A program made the translations under genes and the position numbers. The notes beneath the pieces were generated by a model that did no database searches, had not been told where the DNA came from, and saw only the letters and a program-made list of their open reading frames with translations. A stretch of 64,000 nt of DNA from Polyangiaceae bacterium (GTDB lineage: Bacteria > Myxococcota_A > Polyangia > Polyangiales > Polyangiaceae): assembly GCA_965222375.1 (NCBI GenBank), contig CBDCTZ010000016.1:2464001-2528000 (forward strand). The letters are read 5' to 3'. Shown piece by piece: positions 19,701 to 28,037 of the stretch; the first letter of the stretch is position 1; the number at the start of each line of letters is the position of its first letter.

Positions 19701-20249
19701 ATGGACAATCCCTACCGCCCCGACCCGATGGGCAAGGCCGCTCGCACGCTTCTTGAGTCCGGCGATGCCGCGACGATGAGCGAGGCTCGCGAACTTCGCG
19801 ACAAGCTCTTGCGCATTGAAGCTCTCACTATCGACGGCGACGTACCGGTCTGGGCGCCATCCAACATGCGCGAAGACGCGCCTCTGCTAGCCGCGCGACT
19901 GTTTCCACCGGACCCCCACATCGACGGCCACCCGATCCGTACGGAGCGCGCCCAGATTGAGAAGGAGTTGGAAGCGCTCAAAGAGACTGGCAACCCGCGC
20001 GACAGTGACGAAACCAAGTTCAATCGCTCGACTCGCATTGCCCGTTTGGCGGAGCGCCTAGTTGTACTGGGCGAAGCCGAACGTGCGGCCGAGGTCGAGC
20101 TGATCGAGTCCGCTCTCGCGCGACCCAAAGCGCGACTGGCCGAACTCGACGCCGCCACGCCACGTACCGACGAAGAGCGCTTCGCAAGGGCCGACCAGCG
20201 CGCGGCTTTGCACTTGCAACTTATGCGCGCCAGCGGTGGTGTACTGTGA
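19701..20249 (+). CDS. Hypothetical helical protein
   Basis: AGGAG RBS, ATG at 19701; coupled to the next gene. Confidence 0.65.
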   Translation: MDNPYRPDPMGKAARTLLESGDAATMSEARELRDKLLRIEALTIDGDVPVWAPSNMREDAPLLAARLFPPDPHIDGHPIRTERAQIEKELEALKETGNPRDSDETKFNRSTRIARLAERLVVLGEAERAAEVELIESALARPKARLAELDAATPRTDEERFARADQRAALHLQLMRASGGVL

Positions 20250-21121
20250 CTGGCGCCGAACTAGTCGAAACCTGGCGAGCAGCGCGAGCAGTCCGCGACG
20301 AAGCTGCGTCGAGGGTCCGGAAGCTGCAAGTGCAGCTCGGGCTTGCGGAGCAGGAGCATGCGAACTCGGTGGAGCGCGCAACGGCGCTCCGCGATGAGCT
20401 GAGCGAAGCCGCGAAGCAAGCCGCACTCGATGGGGTCGACCCTCCGACCGATGGTCAAAAGCGTATTCGTGACGCGGACCATCAAGTGGAAGCGGACGAA
20501 TCTCGGATTCAAGGTTTCACCCGGGCTCTGGAGGAAACCGCACTTCCGAATTTCCTCACGGCAACGCACAAGGCCCACGCCATTGCGGTCCAGCTTGTTG
20601 CGCTGCACGTCGCTGCGGCGGAACGCGAAGCGAAGTCCGCGGGTGCTGCACTTGCGCAAGCTCTCGCGCGTCGCGCGTCACTGGCAAGCCTCGGTGATCT
20701 TCTGGCTCAAACAGGCAGCAGGGGCGCGTCGCGGGATCCATTCCAGTTCTTCACCGGCCCGACGGAGACGCATCGCGCGTTGATCAATACGCTCCGTCGC
20801 CACGGCTTTGCAGAACGGGACGACGCATTCGATGCGTTCACGTATGCGTCCGCAGCGCACAGGCCAGCTCCCGTTTCCGTTCTCGAAACCGATCCGCCAG
20901 AGAGCGACGCATCGCGGGTCCTGGAGTTGTGCCCGATGGTGCTGCCACCGCTGCTGGACCGGCTGCCGCGAGCACTCAACCCGGTTACTATCGAAGATCA
21001 GAAGATAGCCGACGCCTACGCCAGCATGGACGCGGCGCTCTCAGTGATCGGGGTCGAGTTCGATTCGCTTGGTGGCGGCATCGAGCCGGATGCACCAGCG
21101 ACCGCCGAGGCAGCGGCATGA
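20246..21121 (+). CDS. Hypothetical coiled-coil protein
   Basis: GTGA overlap; heptad-rich N-terminal half. Confidence 0.65.
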   Translation: MTGAELVETWRAARAVRDEAASRVRKLQVQLGLAEQEHANSVERATALRDELSEAAKQAALDGVDPPTDGQKRIRDADHQVEADESRIQGFTRALEETALPNFLTATHKAHAIAVQLVALHVAAAEREAKSAGAALAQALARRASLASLGDLLAQTGSRGASRDPFQFFTGPTETHRALINTLRRHGFAERDDAFDAFTYASAAHRPAPVSVLETDPPESDASRVLELCPMVLPPLLDRLPRALNPVTIEDQKIADAYASMDAALSVIGVEFDSLGGGIEPDAPATAEAAA

Positions 21122-21345
21122 CTTGCGGACAGGTGCCCCTTACATCAGGCACCGGCGCCATCGTCGTGGCGTCGCGGCAGGCTCGTTTGGTTTGGGCGAG
21201 CCTGCCGTTGTCGGACGCATTCACAGAACTTGGCGGGGTGCCCTCCTATCCCCCGGCGCCACAGCCGCGGCGCCTACCGGGGCGGTCTTGTTGCCATGGC
21301 CGCTCCGGTGCCAAGGCGCACCTCAAACTTGAGGAGACACAGCAA

Positions 21346-21621
21346 ATGACTCGAACCACGACTATTAGAAACGCTCGCGCCGAGCTGGATGCGATCGCAG
21401 TGGGCCTCGGCGAGGACGAGCTGCAGGTGCTCGTCTTCGTTGCAGGACGCCTGGCTGCGGGGCGTGAACGCTACGGAGCGCTGCACCTGTCAGAAGACCC
21501 ACGGGACTGGTACCGCGAGCGTTCCGAGGAGCTTGCGGACAGCCTCGTGTACACCGCGTGCGCTGAGATCGCGCGGGTGTGCAAGCTGACGAAGGCCCAA
21601 GGGTCGACAGCCAATCAATGA
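21346..21621 (+). CDS. Small protein resembling all-alpha NTP pyrophosphatase-like phage proteins
   Basis: GAGGAG RBS; GRERYG...RD...EELADSLVY (EExxD). Confidence 0.55.
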   Translation: MTRTTTIRNARAELDAIAVGLGEDELQVLVFVAGRLAAGRERYGALHLSEDPRDWYRERSEELADSLVYTACAEIARVCKLTKAQGSTANQ

Positions 21622-21701
21622 GGCTGCTGCGACCACCAAGTTTCTCGCCGCCGGCAGGTTGATGCCTGCCGGGGCGCTTTGCCAAAACGAAAGGAAGTCG
21701 A

Positions 21702-21824
21702 ATGTCACTCTGCAAGTTCCCAATCTTCAACTTCGCGTTCAACGTGCCCTTGGCGCTGCCGCAGATCCCGATTCCGGATCTGGACTTCAGCATCAATCTG
21801 AATCTGTTCTGTCCGCTCGACTGA
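21702..21824 (+). CDS. 40-aa peptide MSLCKFPIFNFAFNVPLALPQIPIPDLDFSINLNLFCPLD
   Basis: Hand-translated (absent from the ORF track); AAGGAAG RBS; followed by a 12-bp hairpin. Confidence 0.6.
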   Translation: MSLCKFPIFNFAFNVPLALPQIPIPDLDFSINLNLFCPLD

Positions 21825-21831
21825 CGCGTTC

Positions 21832-21862
21832 CGGGCCGCCTGGTCTGTTGCCAGGCGGCCCG
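21832..21862 (+). terminator. Strong hairpin between the peptide gene and the tape-measure-like gene
   Basis: cgggccgcctgg-tctgttg-ccaggcggcccg; no U-tract. Confidence 0.45.
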
Positions 21863-21905
21863 ATAGCACCCTGCCCCGACCGCCACGCAAACAAGGAAAC
21901 GCACC

Positions 21906-23861
21906 ATGGTTGATACGCGTTACATTGTAGACATCGACCTTCGTCTGCACGATCACGCGACGAAGACGCTCGACAAGATGAGCGACGCCATCGGGCCTCT
22001 GGACAAGGGGTTCCTGAACATGGCGAGTGGCATGAAGCAGCTCGCCGGAAGCATCGGCGGGAAGTTCGTTGGCGTCTTGGACTCCGCCGCGTCAAAGCTT
22101 GCCTCGATGGGCAAGTACGCCGCGATGGGCGGCGCGGCTGCCGCTGTTGGTGGACTGACATATGGCGTCACGAAGCTGAACGCGGAGATCGACAAGACGA
22201 AGATCAGCATGGCGGCTGTTTTCAACGCCAACAAGATCAGCACCGGCGGAATGATGGGCGGCCTGAAGATGGCCGAGGGGATGTACGAGAAGATGCGTCA
22301 GGACGCCAAGCAGCTCCCTGGCGAACTCGAAGACCTGCTCTACATCTACCGAGCGGGCGTCATTCCTGCAATTCACCAAGGCCTCGACCCGGACAAGTTC
22401 CGCGAGATGTCCTCGAAGGTCATGGCGGCAGCCGCCGTTGCCGGCATGGACATGCACATGGCCGGCCGCGAGTTCGCGCTCCTCATGGAGGGACGCAGCG
22501 GCGCGCACAACGTCTTGGGCCAGCGCCTGATGGGGCTGAGCGGTGCGAAGGCGAGCGCTTTCAACAAGCTCAGCGGCGAGAAACGCATCGCACTCTTGAG
22601 CGCAGAGCTGGACAAGTTCGGTGGTGCTATCGGGGTTTTTGGCAAGTCGTGGGAGGGCGTCACGTCCACGTTTGTGGATGGGGTCAAGCAGCTTGGAGCG
22701 GCTGTCACCAAGCCACTATTCGACAAGCTCTCCAGATCGCTTGGGGACGCGAACAAATGGATCGACGAGAACGGCGAGAAGCTGTCTTCGTGGGCGTACG
22801 TCGTCGGGACGAAGATTGCCGCTGCGTTCGAATGGGGGCGCGCGAAGATCGAGGAGTGGTGGCCCGCCATCGAGAAGTTTGCAACGAGTGCGTGGGCCAA
22901 GCTCAAGCAAGTGTGGGTTGACCTTGCGCCGCACGTCGAGCGCGTCGGCAACGCCATACACGGCTTCTTGAAAGACCCTGCTGCGGTCGACAAGCTGATC
23001 TCGTTGGGCAAGCTCTACCTCGCGCTGAAGGTGGGCCAAGGTGCCCTTGGCGTCCAAGGCGGCATTAGCCAAGCAGCGTCGAGCACCGTACTGCCATTCC
23101 TGACGAATGGCGGCGGTGGCGCCCTAGGAGCGTTTGCGGGAACTGGAACGGGCGCTCTGAGTGCGATCGGCGCCCTGCTTGGTGAGGCTGGCGGCTCCAC
23201 CGCAGCAGCCTACGGTGTGAGCGCTGCAGGTGGGGGTGCGCTTGCTGGCGGGGCAACGCTAGCCGCCTTCGCTGCGGGCATCGCCCTCGCCTACAACGAA
23301 GTGATGCTGTTCACTGAGGTCATCACGCACTTCCGTGACGACGCGCAGAAGACCGAGGACGCAAAGCGCGACTATGCGAAGCGGCATATCGCGAGTTACA
23401 TCAAGATGACCTCGGACATGAGGTCGGCGTCTGACAAGTGGGCGACGGTGACGGAGTATGCGGCGCGCGACATCAACAACCTGCGCTTGCGAGGCGACGA
23501 GGCTGGCGCGGCTCTCTACGAACTCGAGCTTGCGGCCTACAGCGCCAGCGCTGCGATGGATGGGATGTCGAAGTTCGTCAATGACCGCAACAGCGACATC
23601 GTCGACCCCGCAATGGCGGCGGTGACCGCCAAGAGCGGTCAAGTGGCGAGAGAATGGCTTGCCAAACAGCCGAAGGGCAGGCGCGTCCCGAAGCACGGTG
23701 GTGGCGGTGGCGGCACGAGCATCCAGAAGGTGGAGATCGTGGTCACGTCCAATCAGCACCCGAGCCGAATTGCGCGCACGGTGTTCGACGAGATGGCCAA
23801 GCTGAAGCGCAACCGCCGGTCAAGCCCGCACGTCACCAACTTCTCCAACCCGAACTCGTGA
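21906..23861 (+). CDS. Tape-measure-like protein (651 aa)
   Basis: AAGGA RBS; N-terminal IDLRLHDHATKTL, Ala/Gly-rich helices, periodic Trp, hydrophobic stretch, C-terminal GGGGTSIQKVEIVV. Confidence 0.7.
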   Translation: MVDTRYIVDIDLRLHDHATKTLDKMSDAIGPLDKGFLNMASGMKQLAGSIGGKFVGVLDSAASKLASMGKYAAMGGAAAAVGGLTYGVTKLNAEIDKTKISMAAVFNANKISTGGMMGGLKMAEGMYEKMRQDAKQLPGELEDLLYIYRAGVIPAIHQGLDPDKFREMSSKVMAAAAVAGMDMHMAGREFALLMEGRSGAHNVLGQRLMGLSGAKASAFNKLSGEKRIALLSAELDKFGGAIGVFGKSWEGVTSTFVDGVKQLGAAVTKPLFDKLSRSLGDANKWIDENGEKLSSWAYVVGTKIAAAFEWGRAKIEEWWPAIEKFATSAWAKLKQVWVDLAPHVERVGNAIHGFLKDPAAVDKLISLGKLYLALKVGQGALGVQGGISQAASSTVLPFLTNGGGGALGAFAGTGTGALSAIGALLGEAGGSTAAAYGVSAAGGGALAGGATLAAFAAGIALAYNEVMLFTEVITHFRDDAQKTEDAKRDYAKRHIASYIKMTSDMRSASDKWATVTEYAARDINNLRLRGDEAGAALYELELAAYSASAAMDGMSKFVNDRNSDIVDPAMAAVTAKSGQVAREWLAKQPKGRRVPKHGGGGGGTSIQKVEIVVTSNQHPSRIARTVFDEMAKLKRNRRSSPHVTNFSNPNS

Positions 23862-24097
23862 TGGCTGGTGGCTCATCAGCGCGGCAGCACGCGCCGCTTC
23901 CGCCGCTTCGCCCGGGAACTGCTTTTCCGCGCCATCGCGTCGACCTCGTCAACGAGGGCCCAGTAACCAATCGCCTGGCGAGCGATATGCGTCGCCGCAT
24001 CAAGGTCGCCCTCAATTGCGCCAACGAAGTCGACGTTCACCTGTCGGTTCGGTTGGGGGCCCACCGGTTGCGTGATTTCTTGGCGACATCGCTCCTC

Positions 24098-24697
24098 CTA
24101 CTGTGTTGGGGGTTTCGGCGTTGGCGGCGCCTTGTTGGGCAACTCGTACACGTGCTGCAACAGCATGTCCGTCAGGTAGAGCAGGGCGACTGCATCCGCT
24201 CTGCCCATTATCGTGATCTCGTGGTTCGCTTCGTTCGCAACTGTACGGATCTTGTCCACCCATGCCTTGGCGCCAGGAGGGATCCAGTGCTTTTCGTGAA
24301 GGAACTTAACGTAGTAAGCGAAGCGTTCCCCGGCGTCGGCCTTTTGCTCAACGGCTACGTGCATCAGGATCTTTCGGCAGGTCATGACGCTCGCAGTGTA
24401 GGCGCTGCCACCGAACGCGCTTCGAGCTTCGGTGCGCAGTGCGGCCACGTCCTTCGGCAAGTGATCAATCGGGCGGCCCGGAGCCGCGTCAGGCATTCGC
24501 CGCTCGCCCCGGAAGTAGTTTGGCGCCCAACAGTCCGGGCAAAGGTGAATCACCGATACGGGTGGTTGCCCTCCCTTGGTCACCCAGCCCCTCGCGCTCG
24601 TCACTCGTTGGCCACAGTACCCGCAGTCAAAAGGCCTGCTGCTGACCTGAACTGCGTTGTCCCACACTCCAGTTATTCGATACCATTCTTCGCTCAT
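24098..24697 (-). CDS. Zn-ribbon plus DUF4145 (HEPN-like) protein
   Basis: CGYC...CPDC; EARSAF...AYTASVMTCRKIL; IRTVANEANH. Confidence 0.75.
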   Translation of the reverse strand: MSEEWYRITGVWDNAVQVSSRPFDCGYCGQRVTSARGWVTKGGQPPVSVIHLCPDCWAPNYFRGERRMPDAAPGRPIDHLPKDVAALRTEARSAFGGSAYTASVMTCRKILMHVAVEQKADAGERFAYYVKFLHEKHWIPPGAKAWVDKIRTVANEANHEITIMGRADAVALLYLTDMLLQHVYELPNKAPPTPKPPTQ

Positions 24698-24826
24698 GGG
24701 TTTGGCGCCTCCTCGTCGTCGCCCCCCGCTGTTCCCCACTCTACGCAGAGCGTCAAGCATACCTATGCGCATAGGCATGACGCCATGCGCTCGCGCACAA
24801 TGCCAACGAGGACGGGACGAAAGCGC

Positions 24827-24867
24827 TTGCGCCATGGAAAACGCGGTATTACCATGTTTTCCATGGC
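24827..24867 (+). promoter_or_regulatory. Sigma70-like promoter overlapped by a 12-bp inverted repeat
   Basis: TTGCGC-N17-TACCAT; gccatggaaaac-N13-gttttccatggc at 24831-24867. Confidence 0.55.
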
Positions 24868-25057
24868 TGACCTGACCACCGTCTGCGTGAAGCTCCGGCC
24901 GGACGATCTGCAACTGCTTGAAGCCAGCGAACGCGTCGAGCGCCTGAGTCGCTCTGACGTAGTGCGCCGCGCCATTCGAGCGTACGCAGTTCAACTGGGC
25001 GTGACTGACCGCGACGTGGTGAGGCCGAAGAAGCCCAGGCCGCCACGACGCCGATAA
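24863..25057 (+). CDS. Ribbon-helix-helix (CopG-like) regulator
   Basis: TTVCVKL beta strand followed by LSRSDVVRRAIRAY. Confidence 0.75.
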   Translation: MADLTTVCVKLRPDDLQLLEASERVERLSRSDVVRRAIRAYAVQLGVTDRDVVRPKKPRPPRRR

Positions 25058-25126
25058 CCACCACAAACAAAGAATGCTCCCGCGCTGGGCAAACAGCCGG
25101 GAGCTTGGCCCAAAGGAGATACCCCA

Positions 25127-25426
25127 ATGAGCAACGACAAGATCGCACAGGCACCCGGCGCGGACAACACCGAGCCCGAAACCTACACTCTGACCGCGGA
25201 CCAGCTCCGCAGCCTTGCTGGCGGGCGTTGGGGCTGCGTGTCCGGCGTCGCAACTTCGCCCTTGGCGGAGATCGTCGCGGGTGCGGCGGACGACGTTCGC
25301 TTCGTCTCTGCGGCAATGCACGCGAGCGAGGATGACATGCGGCGGGAGGACGTCGAAACGGCGATGCTGCGGGTCGCAGATCGCCTGCAGACTGTGGCGA
25401 GCCTCATGGGTCGAGGCGAGTCATGA
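25127..25426 (+). CDS. Hypothetical protein
   Basis: AAGGAG RBS; 99 aa. Confidence 0.6.
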   Translation: MSNDKIAQAPGADNTEPETYTLTADQLRSLAGGRWGCVSGVATSPLAEIVAGAADDVRFVSAAMHASEDDMRREDVETAMLRVADRLQTVASLMGRGES

Positions 25427-25611
25427 GCGAGGACTTTAGCAAGACGGGGTCCGCGGACCTCGCGGCGTACGCTCTCGACGAACTGGGGCGCGCGGTCAGC
25501 AGCTGGACGAAGCGTGGGACGCTCGACACGAAGGCTGCGGCCAACGCGAAACGCGCGCTGGAGCAACTTGAGAAGCGGCTACGTGATTCCGAAGCAACGG
25601 CATCGCGCTAG
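25423..25611 (+). CDS. Small hypothetical protein
   Basis: ATGA overlap; 62 aa, helical. Confidence 0.5.
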   Translation: MSEDFSKTGSADLAAYALDELGRAVSSWTKRGTLDTKAAANAKRALEQLEKRLRDSEATASR

Positions 25612-25682
25612 TGCGCTCGCCCCCGCTGCCTGCGAAAGGCGGCATGGCACGCCGCCGGGGGCACCACGAAAGGAGTGTTGGC

Positions 25683-26390
25683 ATGGTCGTAGAAACGGCA
25701 TTGGGGGCAATCACTGCGGTGCAGGCCACCACGTGGGCAGTGAAGAAAACGAAGGACTGGGTGAAGGGCCGGGACCCAACCGCGGACATGGCGGAAGCTG
25801 CGAAGGAGTACCGTGAGGAGCTGGAGCCGCTGATTGAACAACGGCTGTGCAACCTTGAGGACTCAAACGAGAACCGGCGACGCCTGGACGAGCTACTCGG
25901 CACGGAGCTTCTATTCATTCTTCAAAACTACGACATCGAGAACCGTCGGGAAGCAACGAGGAAGCGGCGCATCATGCTCGCTCACGCGGCGGCAGGATCG
26001 CTTCGGCTCGACCTGACGATCGCCGAGATCGCAAGGGTTGAACGCGTGATTCGGGAACTCGACCCCGATGATGTCGGTGTGCTCGCCCAGCTCGATCGGC
26101 AGAAGGATCCAGGGATGGCCCCGGTACCGGCCGACAAACAACACGTTAAGGGTGAACTGAGAGACGAGTGGCGACGGCAGGTCGCCAAGGTTGCGCACAA
26201 CCGCTACCGCTACTGGATGAGCGTTCGACCAAAGGGCGAGATACTTCTGCCTGCCGGGTGCGTCATCATTGAGCAGAGCGCACCAATCGTCACCGTAGGC
26301 GAATCCACGGGGATCTACCTGACGGCGCTCGGTGGAAACGTCCTCCAGGTGCTTGAAACCTACATCCGCACTGAGGGGCTCGACCAGTGA
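25683..26390 (+). CDS. Hypothetical protein resembling Abi-alpha/DUF4393 proteins
   Basis: AGGAG RBS; RRIMLAHA...VIRELDPDDVGVL and C-terminal YLTALG. Confidence 0.5.
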   Translation: MVVETALGAITAVQATTWAVKKTKDWVKGRDPTADMAEAAKEYREELEPLIEQRLCNLEDSNENRRRLDELLGTELLFILQNYDIENRREATRKRRIMLAHAAAGSLRLDLTIAEIARVERVIRELDPDDVGVLAQLDRQKDPGMAPVPADKQHVKGELRDEWRRQVAKVAHNRYRYWMSVRPKGEILLPAGCVIIEQSAPIVTVGESTGIYLTALGGNVLQVLETYIRTEGLDQ

Positions 26391-27751
26391 GCGAGCCCGC
26401 CAAAAGCGGCCGCCCCCGCAAGGGCACCCTCGTCTGGCAAAAACGCGGTTGGGCCGCGCGCATCTGGACGCTGGTCGACGGCGAGTGGATCCGCAAGACG
26501 ATCCCCCTCGGCACCACGAACAAGGTGGTGGCGCGCCGCAAGATGGCGCGACTCGTTGCCGAGGCGAACGCTGGTGCCGAAGTGGACTCAGTAGAGGCAA
26601 CCGCACCGGAGACCTTCGCCGTTGTAGCGGACCGCGTGCACAAGCAGCGCGTCCGGGACGGCGTGAGAGACGCCAAAAGCGAGTTGCAGCGCTTGAAGGC
26701 GTACGCCTTCGACGTCTTCGGCGAGGTGTCAGTAGCGGCCATCCGGTCTGCCGACGTCAACGCATGCTTGGACGCAGCGAAGGAAGCGGGCAGGTCACGG
26801 CAAACCGTGGCTCACCTGCGCCAGGATATTCGCAACGTGTTCGCGGCGGCCAAGCGCGACGGGACGATCAAGACCAACCCGGTCGACGAGTCCGAGATGC
26901 CGAAGTTCCCTGAAGCGGTGCAGAAGGAAAGGGCCGTGCTGACGGATCCCGAGCTGGCCGCGTACCTGGCTTGGCAGCACCCCGACGAACACCACGCCAT
27001 GGCGGTGCTGGAGCGCCAGGTCATGGCCTGCGTTGCGAGGATGTTCGGTGGCCTCCGTACGGGCGACCTCCACGCCTTGAGGTGGGACGCCTTCGACGTG
27101 GACGAAGGCGCGTTCACCTGTGGCTGGGCTCCCCGTCGGAAGACCAAGCGGCCGCAACTGCTGGGCGTTCCAGAGATGCTGCGACCGATCTTGCGGGACT
27201 GGTGGGAACGGGCCGGACGGCCCAAGGAAGGACTGGTTTTCCCTGCTCGGCGAGGCGAGCGGGCGGGAGAGTCCAAGCGTGGGGTGAGCCATGCAGCAGC
27301 TTTCAGGCGGGATCTGAAGCGCGCAATGGGGCTCGAGGTGTGCGAGAAGGTGACGACCACCCGGCGCAACACGCGCAAGCTGACCAGGAGCGTCTGGCGC
27401 CAGAAGCGCGAGATGACCCCGCGGGAGCGGCAGCTGTTCACAGACACGCCCTACACGCTGCCCGTGGACTTCCACAGCTGGCGTCGGGCGTTCTCCCAGG
27501 CCCTGGCCGATGCGGACGTCAACGCGCAGCAAGCGACGACACTGACCGGGCACGCGTCGCTGGCGGCCCACGCCCGCTACCTGGCGAACAGTGGGAAGCT
27601 CCGAGAGCTACCCGAGGCGGCGCTGCCTGCGCTGGGGGTTTTGTCCGTGCCACGGACAGAAGTCGGGTCGGGAAATCACGTTTCGAGGCGCGCCACTGTG
27701 GATTCGAACCACAGACCTTCGGCTCCGGAGGCCGACGCTCTATCCAGCTGA
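26387..27751 (+). CDS. int: Tyrosine recombinase/integrase reading through the att site, antisense into the tRNA gene
   Basis: GLRTGDL (R), RKTK (K), FHSWRR (HxxR), GHAS (H), HARYL (Y). Confidence 0.92.
   Translation: MSEPAKSGRPRKGTLVWQKRGWAARIWTLVDGEWIRKTIPLGTTNKVVARRKMARLVAEANAGAEVDSVEATAPETFAVVADRVHKQRVRDGVRDAKSELQRLKAYAFDVFGEVSVAAIRSADVNACLDAAKEAGRSRQTVAHLRQDIRNVFAAAKRDGTIKTNPVDESEMPKFPEAVQKERAVLTDPELAAYLAWQHPDEHHAMAVLERQVMACVARMFGGLRTGDLHALRWDAFDVDEGAFTCGWAPRRKTKRPQLLGVPEMLRPILRDWWERAGRPKEGLVFPARRGERAGESKRGVSHAAAFRRDLKRAMGLEVCEKVTTTRRNTRKLTRSVWRQKREMTPRERQLFTDTPYTLPVDFHSWRRAFSQALADADVNAQQATTLTGHASLAAHARYLANSGKLRELPEAALPALGVLSVPRTEVGSGNHVSRRATVDSNHRPSAPEADALSS
27688..27732. repeat. Right att site (45 bp, within the tRNA)
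   Basis: Identical to 14101-14145. Confidence 0.95.
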
Positions 27752-27762
27752 GCTAGTGGCGC
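27689..27762 (-). tRNA. tRNA-Arg(CCG)
   Basis: Cloverleaf: acceptor GCGCCAC/GTGGCGC, D arm GCTC/GAGC, anticodon arm TCGGC-CTCCGGA-GCCGA, T arm TGTGG-TTCGAAT-CCACA; full CCA not encoded. Confidence 0.95.
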
Positions 27763-27777
27763 GTAGGGGGATGGGGT

Positions 27778-27806
27778 GTAGCAGAGCAGGGGCGCTCGAT
27801 CTACCC
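27778..27806. repeat. 29-bp direct repeat, copy 1 (just upstream of the tRNA)
   Basis: gtagcagagcaggggcgctcgatctaccc, identical to 29719-29747. Confidence 0.9.
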
Positions 27807-28037
27807 GGCGCTTGGGTGAATGGCGCACGCTGTGCTGCGAACTGGCTGGCGACCACCCGTGCCGGCGCTTTGACAGGGCAGCGAGTTGCGCGACGGGGGG
27901 GCGGAGTGGCTCCGGCGCTTCGGGAGGGCCACCTGGTTGCGCGCGAGCGGGTGCCGGAAGGTAAGTTGGTCGCCAGCTCAGCCAAACTCAGCCGAGATTC
28001 ATGGCCCCGCCGGCCACCCTCGGGACATCTTCGATGG

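Larger units (their letters stand above)
14101..27732. mobile_element. Integrated phage-related element (satellite-like, ~13.6 kb) in tRNA-Arg(CCG)
   Basis: Exact 45-bp terminal direct repeats; integrase, Xis-like, replication, terminase-like and tape-measure-like genes inside. Confidence 0.9.

Noticed and set aside
23654..25321. Long ORFs 23654-25057 (+) and 24098-25321 (-) as whole genes
   Set aside because: Only their 3' parts (RHH and DUF4145) look like proteins; the rest is antisense read-through.
14101..27732. Complete prophage or ICE
   Set aside because: No capsid, portal, lysis, relaxase or T4SS genes recognised, and the element is small.
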